Source: Vulcanimicrobiota bacterium
GTDB taxonomy: Bacteria; Vulcanimicrobiota; Vulcanimicrobiia; Vulcanimicrobiales; Vulcanimicrobiaceae
Direction: 5' to 3'
NCBI GenBank assembly: GCA_963695225.1
Contig: OY968762.1
Location: forward strand, 1,792,001-1,856,000
DNA: 64,000 bases
Shown here: piece after piece, positions 31,528 through 42,120 of the stretch
How the letters are laid out: each line of letters begins with the position of its first letter
Position numbering within the stretch: position 1 is the first letter of the stretch
Notes under the pieces: generated by a model
Told to the model about the DNA's origin: nothing
The model's database searches: none
Seen by the model: the letters and a program-made list of their open reading frames with translations, nothing else
Program-made: the position numbers and the translations under genes

Positions 31528-33186
31528 TCAGCGCCGTTGCGCGACCGGTTCGCAGCGCGGGCCGTCGTAGAGGAACAGCACGGCGCGATTGCTCTGCGCG
31601 ATGACGCGCCGGCGCCGGCCGTACGTCGGATCGGGGGTCGGGCGTTGCGCCCGCGTAACGACGAATGCGCGCTCCGCGGCGCAGACGACGGTGCGCGGAT
31701 CGCTCGCCGGTGAATGCGGAGTTTCCGTCGGATCGTCGAGGATCGCGACGGGCGGTTGCGTGTAGAACAGCAGGCCGTTCTCTCCGGCGAGGCTCTGAAT
31801 CGCGACGACGTCGCCGCTACGCCGTTGCTCGCGGATCGCGGCCGCAAGCTGCGGAATCGGCTTGAGCGTCTCGGCGTGCGGTTCGGCGAAAAACGCGATC
31901 ACCGCAATCGAAACGAATCCGGAGAACGCGAGAGCGTACGGCGCGTAACGCGCGGTCGAACGGCGCAGTAGCAGAATCCCGCACGCGACGCTTCCGGCGA
32001 GCATCGTCGCGCCGAGGAGCGCAACGTCGCCGAGGAGCTCGGCGAGCGCGGCGCCCAGGCGGTTGTCGCGCGTGAATGCGACGATCGCAATCGCGAGCGC
32101 CCCGAGCGTGACGGGGACGACGGCCGCTCCGGCGAGCGCGGAGCGGCGGTCGTCCGCGGCGAGAACCCCCTCGAACCACAGCGCGAGCGCGATCGCGAAG
32201 CCGGGAAGCTCGAGCGCGATATAGTTCGGCAGTTTCGTGTTCGCGAAGCTGAAGAAGACGAACGGGACCACGATCCATACGAGCGAGAGCCGGGCGAGCA
32301 TCGCGCGCTCGCCTTCTCGCGCGCGCGTGGCCGCCGCGAGCGCGGGCGGCACGAAAGCGAACCACGGGAACGTTCCGAGGATCACGACCGGGAGATAGTA
32401 CCAGACCGGACCCGCTTGATTCTCGATCGTTCCGAGGTAGCGTCCGACGGTATAGTGGCCGACGAGTTCGCCGAGCGCGGCCGGGCCTGTCCGAGCGACC
32501 AGCAACGCGAACCATGGGAGGACGAGCGCCGCGGCGAGCGCACCGCCGCCCAGCGCCTCGGCGAGCGAGGGCGCGCGCAGGCTGCGGCCGAGCCTTCGTT
32601 CCCAAAGGATCCACGGGACGAGCACGAGCAGAACGACCGCCGGCGCGACCGGGCCCTTGGCCAGGACCCCAAGCGCGAGCGCGATCCAGCCCACGAGCCA
32701 GGCCGCACTCCCCGAGCCGCGCAACGCGGCGTACCACGCCAGGATCGCGACGCAGACCGCGAGATCGAGCAGCGCGTCCATGATCGCGAGCCGGCCGAGG
32801 ATCGCCTGCATCAGCATCGTCGAGAGGATTGCCGCCGAGAGGACCGCGACGCGCGCGTTCGCGGCGCGCGCGACCGCATACGAGACGGCGGCGCCCATCC
32901 CGATCGTCGCCAGCGCCGACGGGAGCCGCAACGCGAGCGGGCCGACCCCGAGGAGCTTCGCAAAGCCCGCCGCGATCCAGAAATAGAGCGGCGGCTGCAC
33001 GAACCAAGGGACGCCGTTGAGGTGCATCACGACCCAATCGCGATAGAACAGCACCTCGCGTGCGACCTCGCCGTACGCCGTCTCCGAGTTGTCCCAGAGC
33101 GTGCCGCCGCCGAGCCCCGGCAGCGTCGCGAGCGCGGCAAGGACGGCACCGATAGCCGCAGCCTTCAATGCCGCCGATCGATCCAC
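31528..33186 (-). CDS. ArnT-family (GT83/PMT_2) glycosyltransferase
   Basis: LWDNSETAY, PWFVQPPLYFW, ALRLPSAL, LAKGPV, WYYLP, TKLPNY. Confidence 0.88.
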   Translation of the reverse strand: MDRSAALKAAAIGAVLAALATLPGLGGGTLWDNSETAYGEVAREVLFYRDWVVMHLNGVPWFVQPPLYFWIAAGFAKLLGVGPLALRLPSALATIGMGAAVSYAVARAANARVAVLSAAILSTMLMQAILGRLAIMDALLDLAVCVAILAWYAALRGSGSAAWLVGWIALALGVLAKGPVAPAVVLLVLVPWILWERRLGRSLRAPSLAEALGGGALAAALVLPWFALLVARTGPAALGELVGHYTVGRYLGTIENQAGPVWYYLPVVILGTFPWFAFVPPALAAATRAREGERAMLARLSLVWIVVPFVFFSFANTKLPNYIALELPGFAIALALWFEGVLAADDRRSALAGAAVVPVTLGALAIAIVAFTRDNRLGAALAELLGDVALLGATMLAGSVACGILLLRRSTARYAPYALAFSGFVSIAVIAFFAEPHAETLKPIPQLAAAIREQRRSGDVVAIQSLAGENGLLFYTQPPVAILDDPTETPHSPASDPRTVVCAAERAFVVTRAQRPTPDPTYGRRRRVIAQSNRAVLFLYDGPRCEPVAQRR

Positions 33187-33253
33187 GGCCTATTTCGTTG
33201 GCAGGCGGAGCGGAAAAGTCCCGCGCGGCGCGCGCGTCGAATCCCGGCCCGTC

Positions 33254-35224
33254 ATGGACCCTTCGCGCGCGCACCCACCGTCGTATCCGATCGCCCTCGA
33301 TATCCACGGCTGGGCCGCCGTCGTCGTCGGCGGCGGCGCCGTCGCCGAACGAAAAGTCGAGCAGCTTGCGGCAAGCGGCGCGCGCGTCACGCTCGTCGCG
33401 CCCACGGTCGGCGAGGGTCTGCGCGCCGCAGCGGCGCGCGGCGATTGCGCGCTGCGCGAGCGCGGGTTCGAGGAGACCGATCTCGACGGCGCGCGTCTCG
33501 CGTTCGCGGCGACGAACGACGACGCGCTCAACGCCCGCATTTCATCGCTTGCGAAGGCGCGCGGAATCCTGGTCAACGATGCGGGGGACGCCGCTCGCGG
33601 CGATTTCTCGGTGCCGATCGTGCACCGGACGGGATCCCTGACGTTCACGATCGAGACCGGCGGCCTCTCCCCGTCCTTTGCGAAACGGCTGCGGGACGAG
33701 GTGCGGGAACGCTTCGGGGAGCGCTACGGACGGGCCGCCCAGACCCTGGGCGTGATGCGCGCGTACGCCCAGACCGTCGTAACGCCGAGCCTGCGGGCCG
33801 CAGTCATGGGGCGGCTCGCCGGGCGGGAGATCGAGGAACTAGCCGCAATGAATCCCGTGCAGGCCCACGACGCCGTCGAAGCGGCCGTTGCCCATCTGAC
33901 CGATGCCTCGAACGGAGCTCCGGTGACCCAACTCGTCTGTGCGAGCCGCGCCAGCGCCCTTGCCATGTGGCAGACCCGCCACACCATCGCCCAACTCGCC
34001 GCCGCCGGGATCGCCTCGACGATCCTCCAGATTTCGACGAAGGGCGACCAAGTCCAAGATCGCTCGCTCGCCGCCATCGGGACGGACAGCCTGTTCGTCA
34101 AGGAGCTCGAACTCGCGTTGCGCGAGGGGAGGGCCGACTACGCGGTCCACTCGTGCAAAGACCTCCCGAGCACGCTCCCCGACGACATGCGGCTCGCCGC
34201 GATCGGGCCGCGCGAGGATCCGCGCGACGCGTTCTGTTCGGAGAAGTACGCCTCGTTCGAAGCGCTCCCGCCGGGCGCCCTGGTCGGGACCTCGAGCCCG
34301 CGCCGGCGCGCACAACTCCAGGCGTTGCGCGGCGACTTGCGCTACGAGACGATCCGCGGCAACGTCGATACGCGCCTTCGAAAGCTGCGCGAGGGGGAGT
34401 TCGACGCGATCTTCCTCGCCATGGCGGGGCTGCGGCGGCTCGGCCTCGGCGCCGCGCACACGGTCCCGATGGATCCGCTCCGGATCGTCCCCGCGGTCGG
34501 GCAGGGGGCGCTGGCGATCGAGTGCCGGCGTGCGGACGGCGCGCTCGCCGCGAAGCTCGACGGGATCCTCGGGGATCGCGCGACGACGCTCGCCGTGACC
34601 GCCGAGCGCGCCTACCTGCGAACGCTGCGCGGCGGGTGCCAAGCCCCCGTCGGCGCGCACGGCACGCTCGACGGCGGCGACTTGCATCTCGCCGGGGTGA
34701 TCGCGGCGCTCGACGGATCGCACGTCGTCCGCGGCGACCTGCGCGCGCCCTGTGCGACGCTCGAGGAGGCGGAGGCGCTCGGCGCAATGCTCGCGCGCGA
34801 TCTCGAGGCGCGCGGGGGCGCCGCGATCCTGGGGCCGCGCGATCCCGCGCTCCCGCTCGCCGGGAAGCTCTTCATCTTGCCGCGCACGCAAGACCGCCCG
34901 AGCCGCATCGCGCCGGCGCTTCGCGGCGTCGGCGCCGAAGTCGTCGAGGCGAGCGACAGCGCGCAGGCCCGCGCGCAACTCGGAGAGCGAATCCCTCACG
35001 TCTTGCTCTTCCCTTCGAGCGGCTCGGTGAGTGCCATCACGGAGTATCTCGCAGCACTCCGGGAAAATGGAGCGCGTCCGATCGTGGCCGCAATGGGGGC
35101 GGCCTCTTCGGATGCCGCGCGCGCGGCGGGCTTCCCGCCCGACGTCGTCGCGGACGAGCCGACGGTCGCCGAGTTCGTGCAGAGCGTCACGCAGTTCGTC
35201 TTGAAGGAGGATCTCGTCCGATGA
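33254..35224 (+). CDS. hemC: Fusion: precorrin-2 dehydrogenase (SirC/CysG-N) + hydroxymethylbilane synthase (HemC) + partial HemD-like domain
   Basis: YPI.L..VVVGGGAVAERK; SRASALAMWQ, FVKELE, VHSCKD, GTSSPRR, IRGNVDTRL, GGCQAP; C-terminal PR...FPSSGSV...AMG...DVVADEPT. Confidence 0.9.
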   Translation: MDPSRAHPPSYPIALDIHGWAAVVVGGGAVAERKVEQLAASGARVTLVAPTVGEGLRAAAARGDCALRERGFEETDLDGARLAFAATNDDALNARISSLAKARGILVNDAGDAARGDFSVPIVHRTGSLTFTIETGGLSPSFAKRLRDEVRERFGERYGRAAQTLGVMRAYAQTVVTPSLRAAVMGRLAGREIEELAAMNPVQAHDAVEAAVAHLTDASNGAPVTQLVCASRASALAMWQTRHTIAQLAAAGIASTILQISTKGDQVQDRSLAAIGTDSLFVKELELALREGRADYAVHSCKDLPSTLPDDMRLAAIGPREDPRDAFCSEKYASFEALPPGALVGTSSPRRRAQLQALRGDLRYETIRGNVDTRLRKLREGEFDAIFLAMAGLRRLGLGAAHTVPMDPLRIVPAVGQGALAIECRRADGALAAKLDGILGDRATTLAVTAERAYLRTLRGGCQAPVGAHGTLDGGDLHLAGVIAALDGSHVVRGDLRAPCATLEEAEALGAMLARDLEARGGAAILGPRDPALPLAGKLFILPRTQDRPSRIAPALRGVGAEVVEASDSAQARAQLGERIPHVLLFPSSGSVSAITEYLAALRENGARPIVAAMGAASSDAARAAGFPPDVVADEPTVAEFVQSVTQFVLKEDLVR

Positions 35225-36249
35225 GCCTCAGCGACCTCTTGGCTCCACAGACCGCGCACGCGTGGCCCGTGCGCCGCCCGCGGCGCCTGCGCGCCTCGGC
35301 CGGGTTGCGCGACCTCGTCCGCGAGCACCACGTCCGCATTTCGAGCCTCGTCCAGCCCATGTTCGTCGCGGACGAGCATCAAACGCGCGGCGAGATCGCG
35401 AGCATGCCGGGGATCTTCCGCTTCTCTGTCGACGAAGCCGTGGAGGAAGCGCGCGCGCTCGCCGCGCTCGGCATTCGCGCCGTCCTCCTCTTCGGGATTC
35501 CCGACGAGAAGGACGCGGTCGCGAGCTCCGCCTACGATCGCAACGGCCCCGTCCAGCGCGCGATCCGCGCGCTCAAGCGCGAACTGCCGGAGCTGGTCGT
35601 CATCGCCGATCTCTGCAATTGCGAATACACCGATCACGGACATTGCGGCATCATCGACGCGCGCGGCGACGTCGACAACGATCGCACGCTGGAGCTGCTC
35701 GGGCGCACGGCGCTCACGTACGCCGAAGCCGGCGTCGACGTGATCGCGCCTTCCGACATGATGGACGGCCGCGTCGGCTATTTGCGCGCGACGCTCGACG
35801 GCGCCGGCTTCACGCGCGTTCCGATCATGTCGTACGCGGTGAAGTTCGCCTCGGCGTTCTACGGCCCGTTCCGCGACGCCGCCGATTCGACGCCGCAATT
35901 CGGCGACCGCCGCACGTACCAGATGGATCCGGCGAACGCGCGCGAGGCCTTGCGCGAGGCGCTCCTCGACGTCGAGGAAGGCGCAGACGTCATCATGGTC
36001 AAGCCCGCACTCGCGTACCTCGACTTGATTCGAGCCGTGCGCGAAGCGACCGATCTGCCGGTCGCCTGCTACAACGTCAGCGGCGAATACTCGATGGTCA
36101 AGGCCGCCGCGCAAAACGGCTGGATCGACGAAGCGCGCACCGTCGACGAGACGTTGACCGCGTTCGTGCGCGCCGGCGCCGACATCATCATCACCTACTT
36201 CGCGAAAGCCTACGCCGAACGGCACCGCGCTCATCCGACGGCGAGTTGA
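35221..36249 (+). CDS. hemB: Porphobilinogen synthase (Zn-type)
   Basis: RPRRLR, DLCNCEYTDHGHCG, APSDMMDGR, FYGPFRDA, YQMDP, MVKPA, YNVSGEY. Confidence 0.97.
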   Translation: MSLSDLLAPQTAHAWPVRRPRRLRASAGLRDLVREHHVRISSLVQPMFVADEHQTRGEIASMPGIFRFSVDEAVEEARALAALGIRAVLLFGIPDEKDAVASSAYDRNGPVQRAIRALKRELPELVVIADLCNCEYTDHGHCGIIDARGDVDNDRTLELLGRTALTYAEAGVDVIAPSDMMDGRVGYLRATLDGAGFTRVPIMSYAVKFASAFYGPFRDAADSTPQFGDRRTYQMDPANAREALREALLDVEEGADVIMVKPALAYLDLIRAVREATDLPVACYNVSGEYSMVKAAAQNGWIDEARTVDETLTAFVRAGADIIITYFAKAYAERHRAHPTAS

Positions 36250-36266
36250 CGTGAAGATCGAAGGCA

Positions 36267-36417
36267 GCGTCCGGGGCGGGGCGGGATTTCTCCGCGGGGA
36301 GTACAGCTTGCCCGCGAAGCCAGGATGGCGGGAGCGGGCAAGTGGACTAGCAGCGATTTCGCATGGATGCGAAATCGCGGGCGTCCCCGCGGGGGAATCC
36401 CGCCCCGCCCCGGACGC
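36267..36417 (+). repeat. Intergenic multi-hairpin element, copy 2 (151 nt)
   Basis: 34-nt inverted arms 36267-36300 / 36384-36417 enclosing two internal hairpins. Confidence 0.9.
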
Positions 36418-36512
36418 GGGCCACGCGCGCCGCCACTCAAAGTGGCCTATGACGACATGAGACGCTACGACGAGGCGGCCCTATGCGCCGCCGGTGAGGA
36501 CGGATTCCGACC

Positions 36513-37808
<1,296 letters not shown>

Positions 37809-37881
37809 CGCCTCCGGCTCAATTTTCCCGGGCATCGGACGACGATAGTAGTGGCCGCCCCTTGCCTGCGGAAAGAGTCTT

Positions 37882-40206
37882 ATGCGCTCGAGCTTTTCTA
37901 ACGTGCTCCTCTTCGTGGGTCTCTGCGGGATCTGCGGTTCGACGTACGAGGTCGTCACGGCGAACATCCAGATCCACGCGCAGACCGATGAGAACGTCGC
38001 TGCCGTCAACCGCACGGCGCGCCAAGCCACGCTGTTCCAAACGGTCGCAAAAGACGTCAACGCGATTGCCTTCAAGGCTCGCGCCGGGGAACCGCTCGCG
38101 GCAACGCAAGCCGAATTGAGGAACTCGGCCGAACTCTTCGACCGCACGCTCGGCGCGCTGGCGGCCGCAACCCGCGCGGCCGCGCCCGAGACTCCGCCGG
38201 GGCAACCGCGCTACGACAAGGCGACGCTCGACCTGCTCGCTCAGATCGGGACGCAGTGGGCGCCGCTGCGCAAGAGCATCGACGGGCTATTGGGATCGCC
38301 CTCGGCCGGCGCGCAGGCCGCAACGCTCAAAGCGCTCGAAGCCGTCGAGCAGCCGCTGCTCACCGAGTTGGACGCGCTGACCCAAAAGATGCAAACGCTC
38401 GCCGCCGAGGCGGATGCCCGCAGCACGTCCGAACGCGATCTCTGGACGCTCGGGATTCTGGTCGGCATCCTGTTCATCGGGATGAGCTTCTTCCTGCGCG
38501 TCGCCGGAGCGCGCGCGCACGCGGAGCAGAACGCGAAAGCGCTCGCCGAAGGCAACCGCGAATTGCAGGCTCGCACGGACGAGCTCGCGCAGGCTAAGCG
38601 CGGCACCGACGCGTTGATGGAAACCGTGGGGCAAGGGCTCGCGCTCATCGACGCGGAGTACACGATCCAGCCGCAGTACTCGCTTGCGCTCGAAGCGATC
38701 TTCGAGCGCAAGGACCTCGCCGGTCAGAATTTCCTGAAGCTTTTCGAGCGCCTCATCCCCGCCCGCGACTACGATGCGTTGCGCCGCTACCTCGGGCTGA
38801 TGTTCAACGCCCAGAAGAAAGAGCGCGTCGTCCTGCAGGTCAACCCGCTCGACGAAATCGACCTCTCCTTCCCGCTCGACGAGGGCGGCTTCAAGACGAA
38901 GACGATCGCGGCGACGTTCCGCCGCGTGATGCACGGCGACCAGGTCGCCCAAGCCTTCATCGCGATCACCGATATCACGGAACGCGCCGCGGCCGCCCGG
39001 GAGTTACGGCAAAACGAAGATCGCAAGGAGCGCCAGTTCGAGCTGTTGCTCGGAACGATGCACGTCGAACCGGCGGCGCTCGACGATTTCGCCGCGCTGG
39101 TCGGCGAGCAGCTCCGGCACATCAACGATGCGTTGCGGGCGGAAGATTTCGCCTCCGGCAGCGAGGCCCGCTCGCAGGTTCTGCGCAGCCGGCTCGATGC
39201 GATCTACCGCGCCGTTCATACGATCAAGGGGAACGCCTCGTCGCTGCGCATCGACCCGTTCGTGCGCACCGCGATGGGCTTCGAAGCGAAGCTCGCCGAG
39301 CTGAGGGGGCGCGCGGGCCTAGGCGGCGACGACTTCCTCGCCGTCGTGATCCAGCAATCCGAACTGCGGATTCTGCTCGAACAGCTCTTGGAGATCCGCA
39401 AGCGGTATGTCGGCCAGCGTCCTCGCCTCGCCGAGAGCAACGGCGCGCCGTCCGCACCGGCCGCCGCGGAGACGGCAACCCCGGCTCCCGGGGCTGAAGG
39501 CGCTGCGTCCGCCGAACCCGCCGCATCCGCCGCATCCGCCGCATCCGCCGAACCTGCTGCGCCCGCTGCACCCAGCGCTCCGGCTGTATCCGGGGCGGCG
39601 TCGAACGGGTCCGCGCGCCCCGCGCCGGCCGGCGCCGGAGCGGCGATCGCCGCCGAACTCACCGGGTTCGCGGAGCGGATCGCGGCCGAACGCGAAACGC
39701 GAGTCGCGGTAAGAGCGCAGCTCGGCGCGCTCGACTCGCTGGACGCCGCGCATCGCCGCACGATCAAGAACGTCCTCATTCAGCTCGTGCGCAACTCGCT
39801 CGCCCACGGCATCGAACCCCCCGAAGAGCGGGAAGAGGCCGGCAAGGATCCGGTGGGCACGCTCACGATGCTCGCGAGCCGCGACGATTCCGGGGCGCTG
39901 CGGATCCGCTACAGCGACGACGGGCGGGGTCTCGACCCCGACAAGCTGCGAGCGCGCGCCGTCGCGAGCGGCCTCGTCGGAAGTGCCGCCCAGATCGACG
40001 ACGCCGCCGCCGTCGGGTTGATCTTCCATCCGGGCTTCTCGACGGCCGAGACCTCGGACGAGGTCGCGGGCCGCGGCGTGGGTATGGATATCATCAAACA
40101 GCACGTCGTAGACGAGGCTCGCGGCGAGATCGGCATCCGCTCGGATCCGGGGAGCTACCTGGAATTCGACCTGACGTTCCCGGCCTTCGAGCCCGTAGCG
40201 GCGTGA
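37882..40206 (+). CDS. Membrane-bound CheA-like histidine kinase (extracytoplasmic sensor, PAS-like, Hpt, HATPase; no CheW domain)
   Basis: Two TMs flanking a helical domain; YRAVHTIKGNA (Hpt); QLVRNSLAHGIE, DDGRG, FHPGFSTA, GRGVGMD; ends right after the ATPase domain. Confidence 0.85.
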   Translation: MRSSFSNVLLFVGLCGICGSTYEVVTANIQIHAQTDENVAAVNRTARQATLFQTVAKDVNAIAFKARAGEPLAATQAELRNSAELFDRTLGALAAATRAAAPETPPGQPRYDKATLDLLAQIGTQWAPLRKSIDGLLGSPSAGAQAATLKALEAVEQPLLTELDALTQKMQTLAAEADARSTSERDLWTLGILVGILFIGMSFFLRVAGARAHAEQNAKALAEGNRELQARTDELAQAKRGTDALMETVGQGLALIDAEYTIQPQYSLALEAIFERKDLAGQNFLKLFERLIPARDYDALRRYLGLMFNAQKKERVVLQVNPLDEIDLSFPLDEGGFKTKTIAATFRRVMHGDQVAQAFIAITDITERAAAARELRQNEDRKERQFELLLGTMHVEPAALDDFAALVGEQLRHINDALRAEDFASGSEARSQVLRSRLDAIYRAVHTIKGNASSLRIDPFVRTAMGFEAKLAELRGRAGLGGDDFLAVVIQQSELRILLEQLLEIRKRYVGQRPRLAESNGAPSAPAAAETATPAPGAEGAASAEPAASAASAASAEPAAPAAPSAPAVSGAASNGSARPAPAGAGAAIAAELTGFAERIAAERETRVAVRAQLGALDSLDAAHRRTIKNVLIQLVRNSLAHGIEPPEEREEAGKDPVGTLTMLASRDDSGALRIRYSDDGRGLDPDKLRARAVASGLVGSAAQIDDAAAVGLIFHPGFSTAETSDEVAGRGVGMDIIKQHVVDEARGEIGIRSDPGSYLEFDLTFPAFEPVAA

Positions 40207-40219
40207 GAACGGGACCACC

Positions 40220-40576
40220 ATGAAGCTGCTCATCGTCGACGATTCCACGGTCATCCGCCGCACGGTCGAACGCGTTCTCGGCGAGCAGGCGAGCGAAATC
40301 CGCGGCGCCGCAGACGGCGTCGAGGCGCTGCGCCAGTTCGAGACGTTCGAGCCGGACCTCGTGACGATGGACCTTACGATGCCCAATCTCGACGGGCTGG
40401 GCTGCATCCGGCAGATGCTCGAGCGCAACCCGGACGCCCGCATCCTCGTCATCACGGCCCTGGCCGATAAACCAACGGCGATCGAGGCCGTCGAGCTCGG
40501 CGCCCTCGGCTTCATCGTGAAGCCGTTCACGGAACGCCGCCTCCGGGAAGAGGCAACGATCATCCTCTCCGAGTAA
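40220..40576 (+). CDS. Single-domain CheY-like response regulator
   Basis: LIVDDS, MDLTMP..DG, ITA, KPF. Confidence 0.92.
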   Translation: MKLLIVDDSTVIRRTVERVLGEQASEIRGAADGVEALRQFETFEPDLVTMDLTMPNLDGLGCIRQMLERNPDARILVITALADKPTAIEAVELGALGFIVKPFTERRLREEATIILSE

Positions 40577-40783
40577 TCCCCACGGGCCCCGGAAAGTCGT
40601 GGTAACGATTTCCGTCGTAGCCGGGCTTGCTTGCTTCTGGTACAAAAAAGGGTACATGTCCGGACGCGATTGGGTCCGCTGCGTTCCGTGACGGAGCGCA
40701 CGCCGTCAGGCTGCCGCTTGTGGCACGCTTGACTTGGATTCCGCCGTCCCGCCAAGGTATGCCCGGATCAGCGTGGAGATGAT

Positions 40784-42118
40784 ATGCCGATAGTCTGTCT
40801 CGGTCTCTCGCACCATACGGCCCCCGTTGAAGTGCGGGAGCGCCATTCGTTTCCAGCCTCACGCATGGGCGAAGCGCTGATCGCGCTGAGAGACTACGAA
40901 GCCGTTCGGGAAGCCGTCATGCTGGCGACCTGCGGCCGGCTCGAGATCTACGCCGAACTCGAAGACTACGAGGCGGGCGTCGAGCAGCTCAAAGCCTACC
41001 TGCGCAACTTCCGGCACGGCGAAGTCGAGGACATGGCCTCGTACATGTACACGTTGCTCGGGAGCCAGGCGACGGACCACCTTTTCCGGGTCGCGACCGG
41101 GCTCGATTCGATGCTGATCGGCGAGGCCGAGATCCTCGGGCAGGTCAAAGACGCATACATCCAGGCTCAGAAGGCCCGGTCGATCGGGAAGACGCTCCAC
41201 TGCCTCTTCCGCGAAGCGCTCAACGCCGGGAAGGCCGCCCGGTCCCAGACGGTGATCGGCGGCGAATCCGTTTCCGTCTCGACGGCGGCGATCGAGCTCG
41301 CCAAACAGCGCCTGGGCTCGATCGCCGGCAAGTCGATGCTCGTGATCGGCGCCGGGAAGATGGGGACGCTCGCAGCCAGGCGCTTGAAATCCGAGGGGAC
41401 GGGCGACATCATCATCGCGAACCGCTCCCACGCGAAGGCCCTCGAAGTCGTGAACTCGCTCGGCGTCGGAAAAGCGATGGAACTGCACGGTATCGTCGAG
41501 GCGATGAAGATCTCCGATATCGTGATCACCTCGACCGGGGCCTCGCACTTCATCCTCACGCCGGGGAACGTCGCCGAGGCGATGCTGGCCCGCCCCGACC
41601 GCCCGCTCTTCATCATCGATATCGCCGTCCCGCGCGATACGGATCCCGACGTCGCCCGCATCCCGAACGTCACGGTCGCCGACATCGACGAACTCAAGGG
41701 CCTCGTCCAAGTGACGCTCGAGCACCGCCGCAGCGCGATCCCGGCCTGCGAGGAGATCATCGCCGAGCATGCCGAGCGCTTCGCGCAGTGGTACCAATCG
41801 CGCGCCGCGATCCCCGTCGTGAGTTCGCTCGTGCAGAAGGCCGAGACGATCCGCGAGAACGAGATCGAGCGGCTTTTTGCGCGCTGCCCCGATTTCACCG
41901 AACGGCATCGCATGCTCGTTACCGGCGCCTCGCTCACCATCATCTCGAAGCTGCTGCACAACGCGATCACGACGATGCGCGACAAGGCCGCTTCCAACCA
42001 AGCCGAAGCGTTGATGCACGCGAGGATCGTCGACGAGCTCTTCGACCTGCAAGTGCGCATGCGCGAGAACCTGACCGTCGAACGGCACGCGACGCTAGAA
42101 GTCGAAATAGCCGAATAG
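40784..42118 (+). CDS. hemA: Glutamyl-tRNA reductase
   Basis: GLSHHTAPVEVRE, TCGRLEIY, GLDSMLIGEAEILGQ, GAGKMG, DIAVPRD. Confidence 0.96.
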   Translation: MPIVCLGLSHHTAPVEVRERHSFPASRMGEALIALRDYEAVREAVMLATCGRLEIYAELEDYEAGVEQLKAYLRNFRHGEVEDMASYMYTLLGSQATDHLFRVATGLDSMLIGEAEILGQVKDAYIQAQKARSIGKTLHCLFREALNAGKAARSQTVIGGESVSVSTAAIELAKQRLGSIAGKSMLVIGAGKMGTLAARRLKSEGTGDIIIANRSHAKALEVVNSLGVGKAMELHGIVEAMKISDIVITSTGASHFILTPGNVAEAMLARPDRPLFIIDIAVPRDTDPDVARIPNVTVADIDELKGLVQVTLEHRRSAIPACEEIIAEHAERFAQWYQSRAAIPVVSSLVQKAETIRENEIERLFARCPDFTERHRMLVTGASLTIISKLLHNAITTMRDKAASNQAEALMHARIVDELFDLQVRMRENLTVERHATLEVEIAE

Positions 42119-42120
42119 CG

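Noticed and set aside
32416..36249. 1277-aa ORF as a giant HemB fusion (likewise the extended ORFs 6064-7779, 18918-21230, 24820-27435, 54849-56783)
   Set aside because: The N-terminal parts are Arg/Ala-rich off-frame read-through of neighbouring genes in high-GC DNA; real starts are at 35221, 7219, 20217, 25939 and 56583.
40721..40736. Sigma54 promoter upstream of hemA
   Set aside because: TGGCAC is present, but there is no TTGC at the required -12 spacing.
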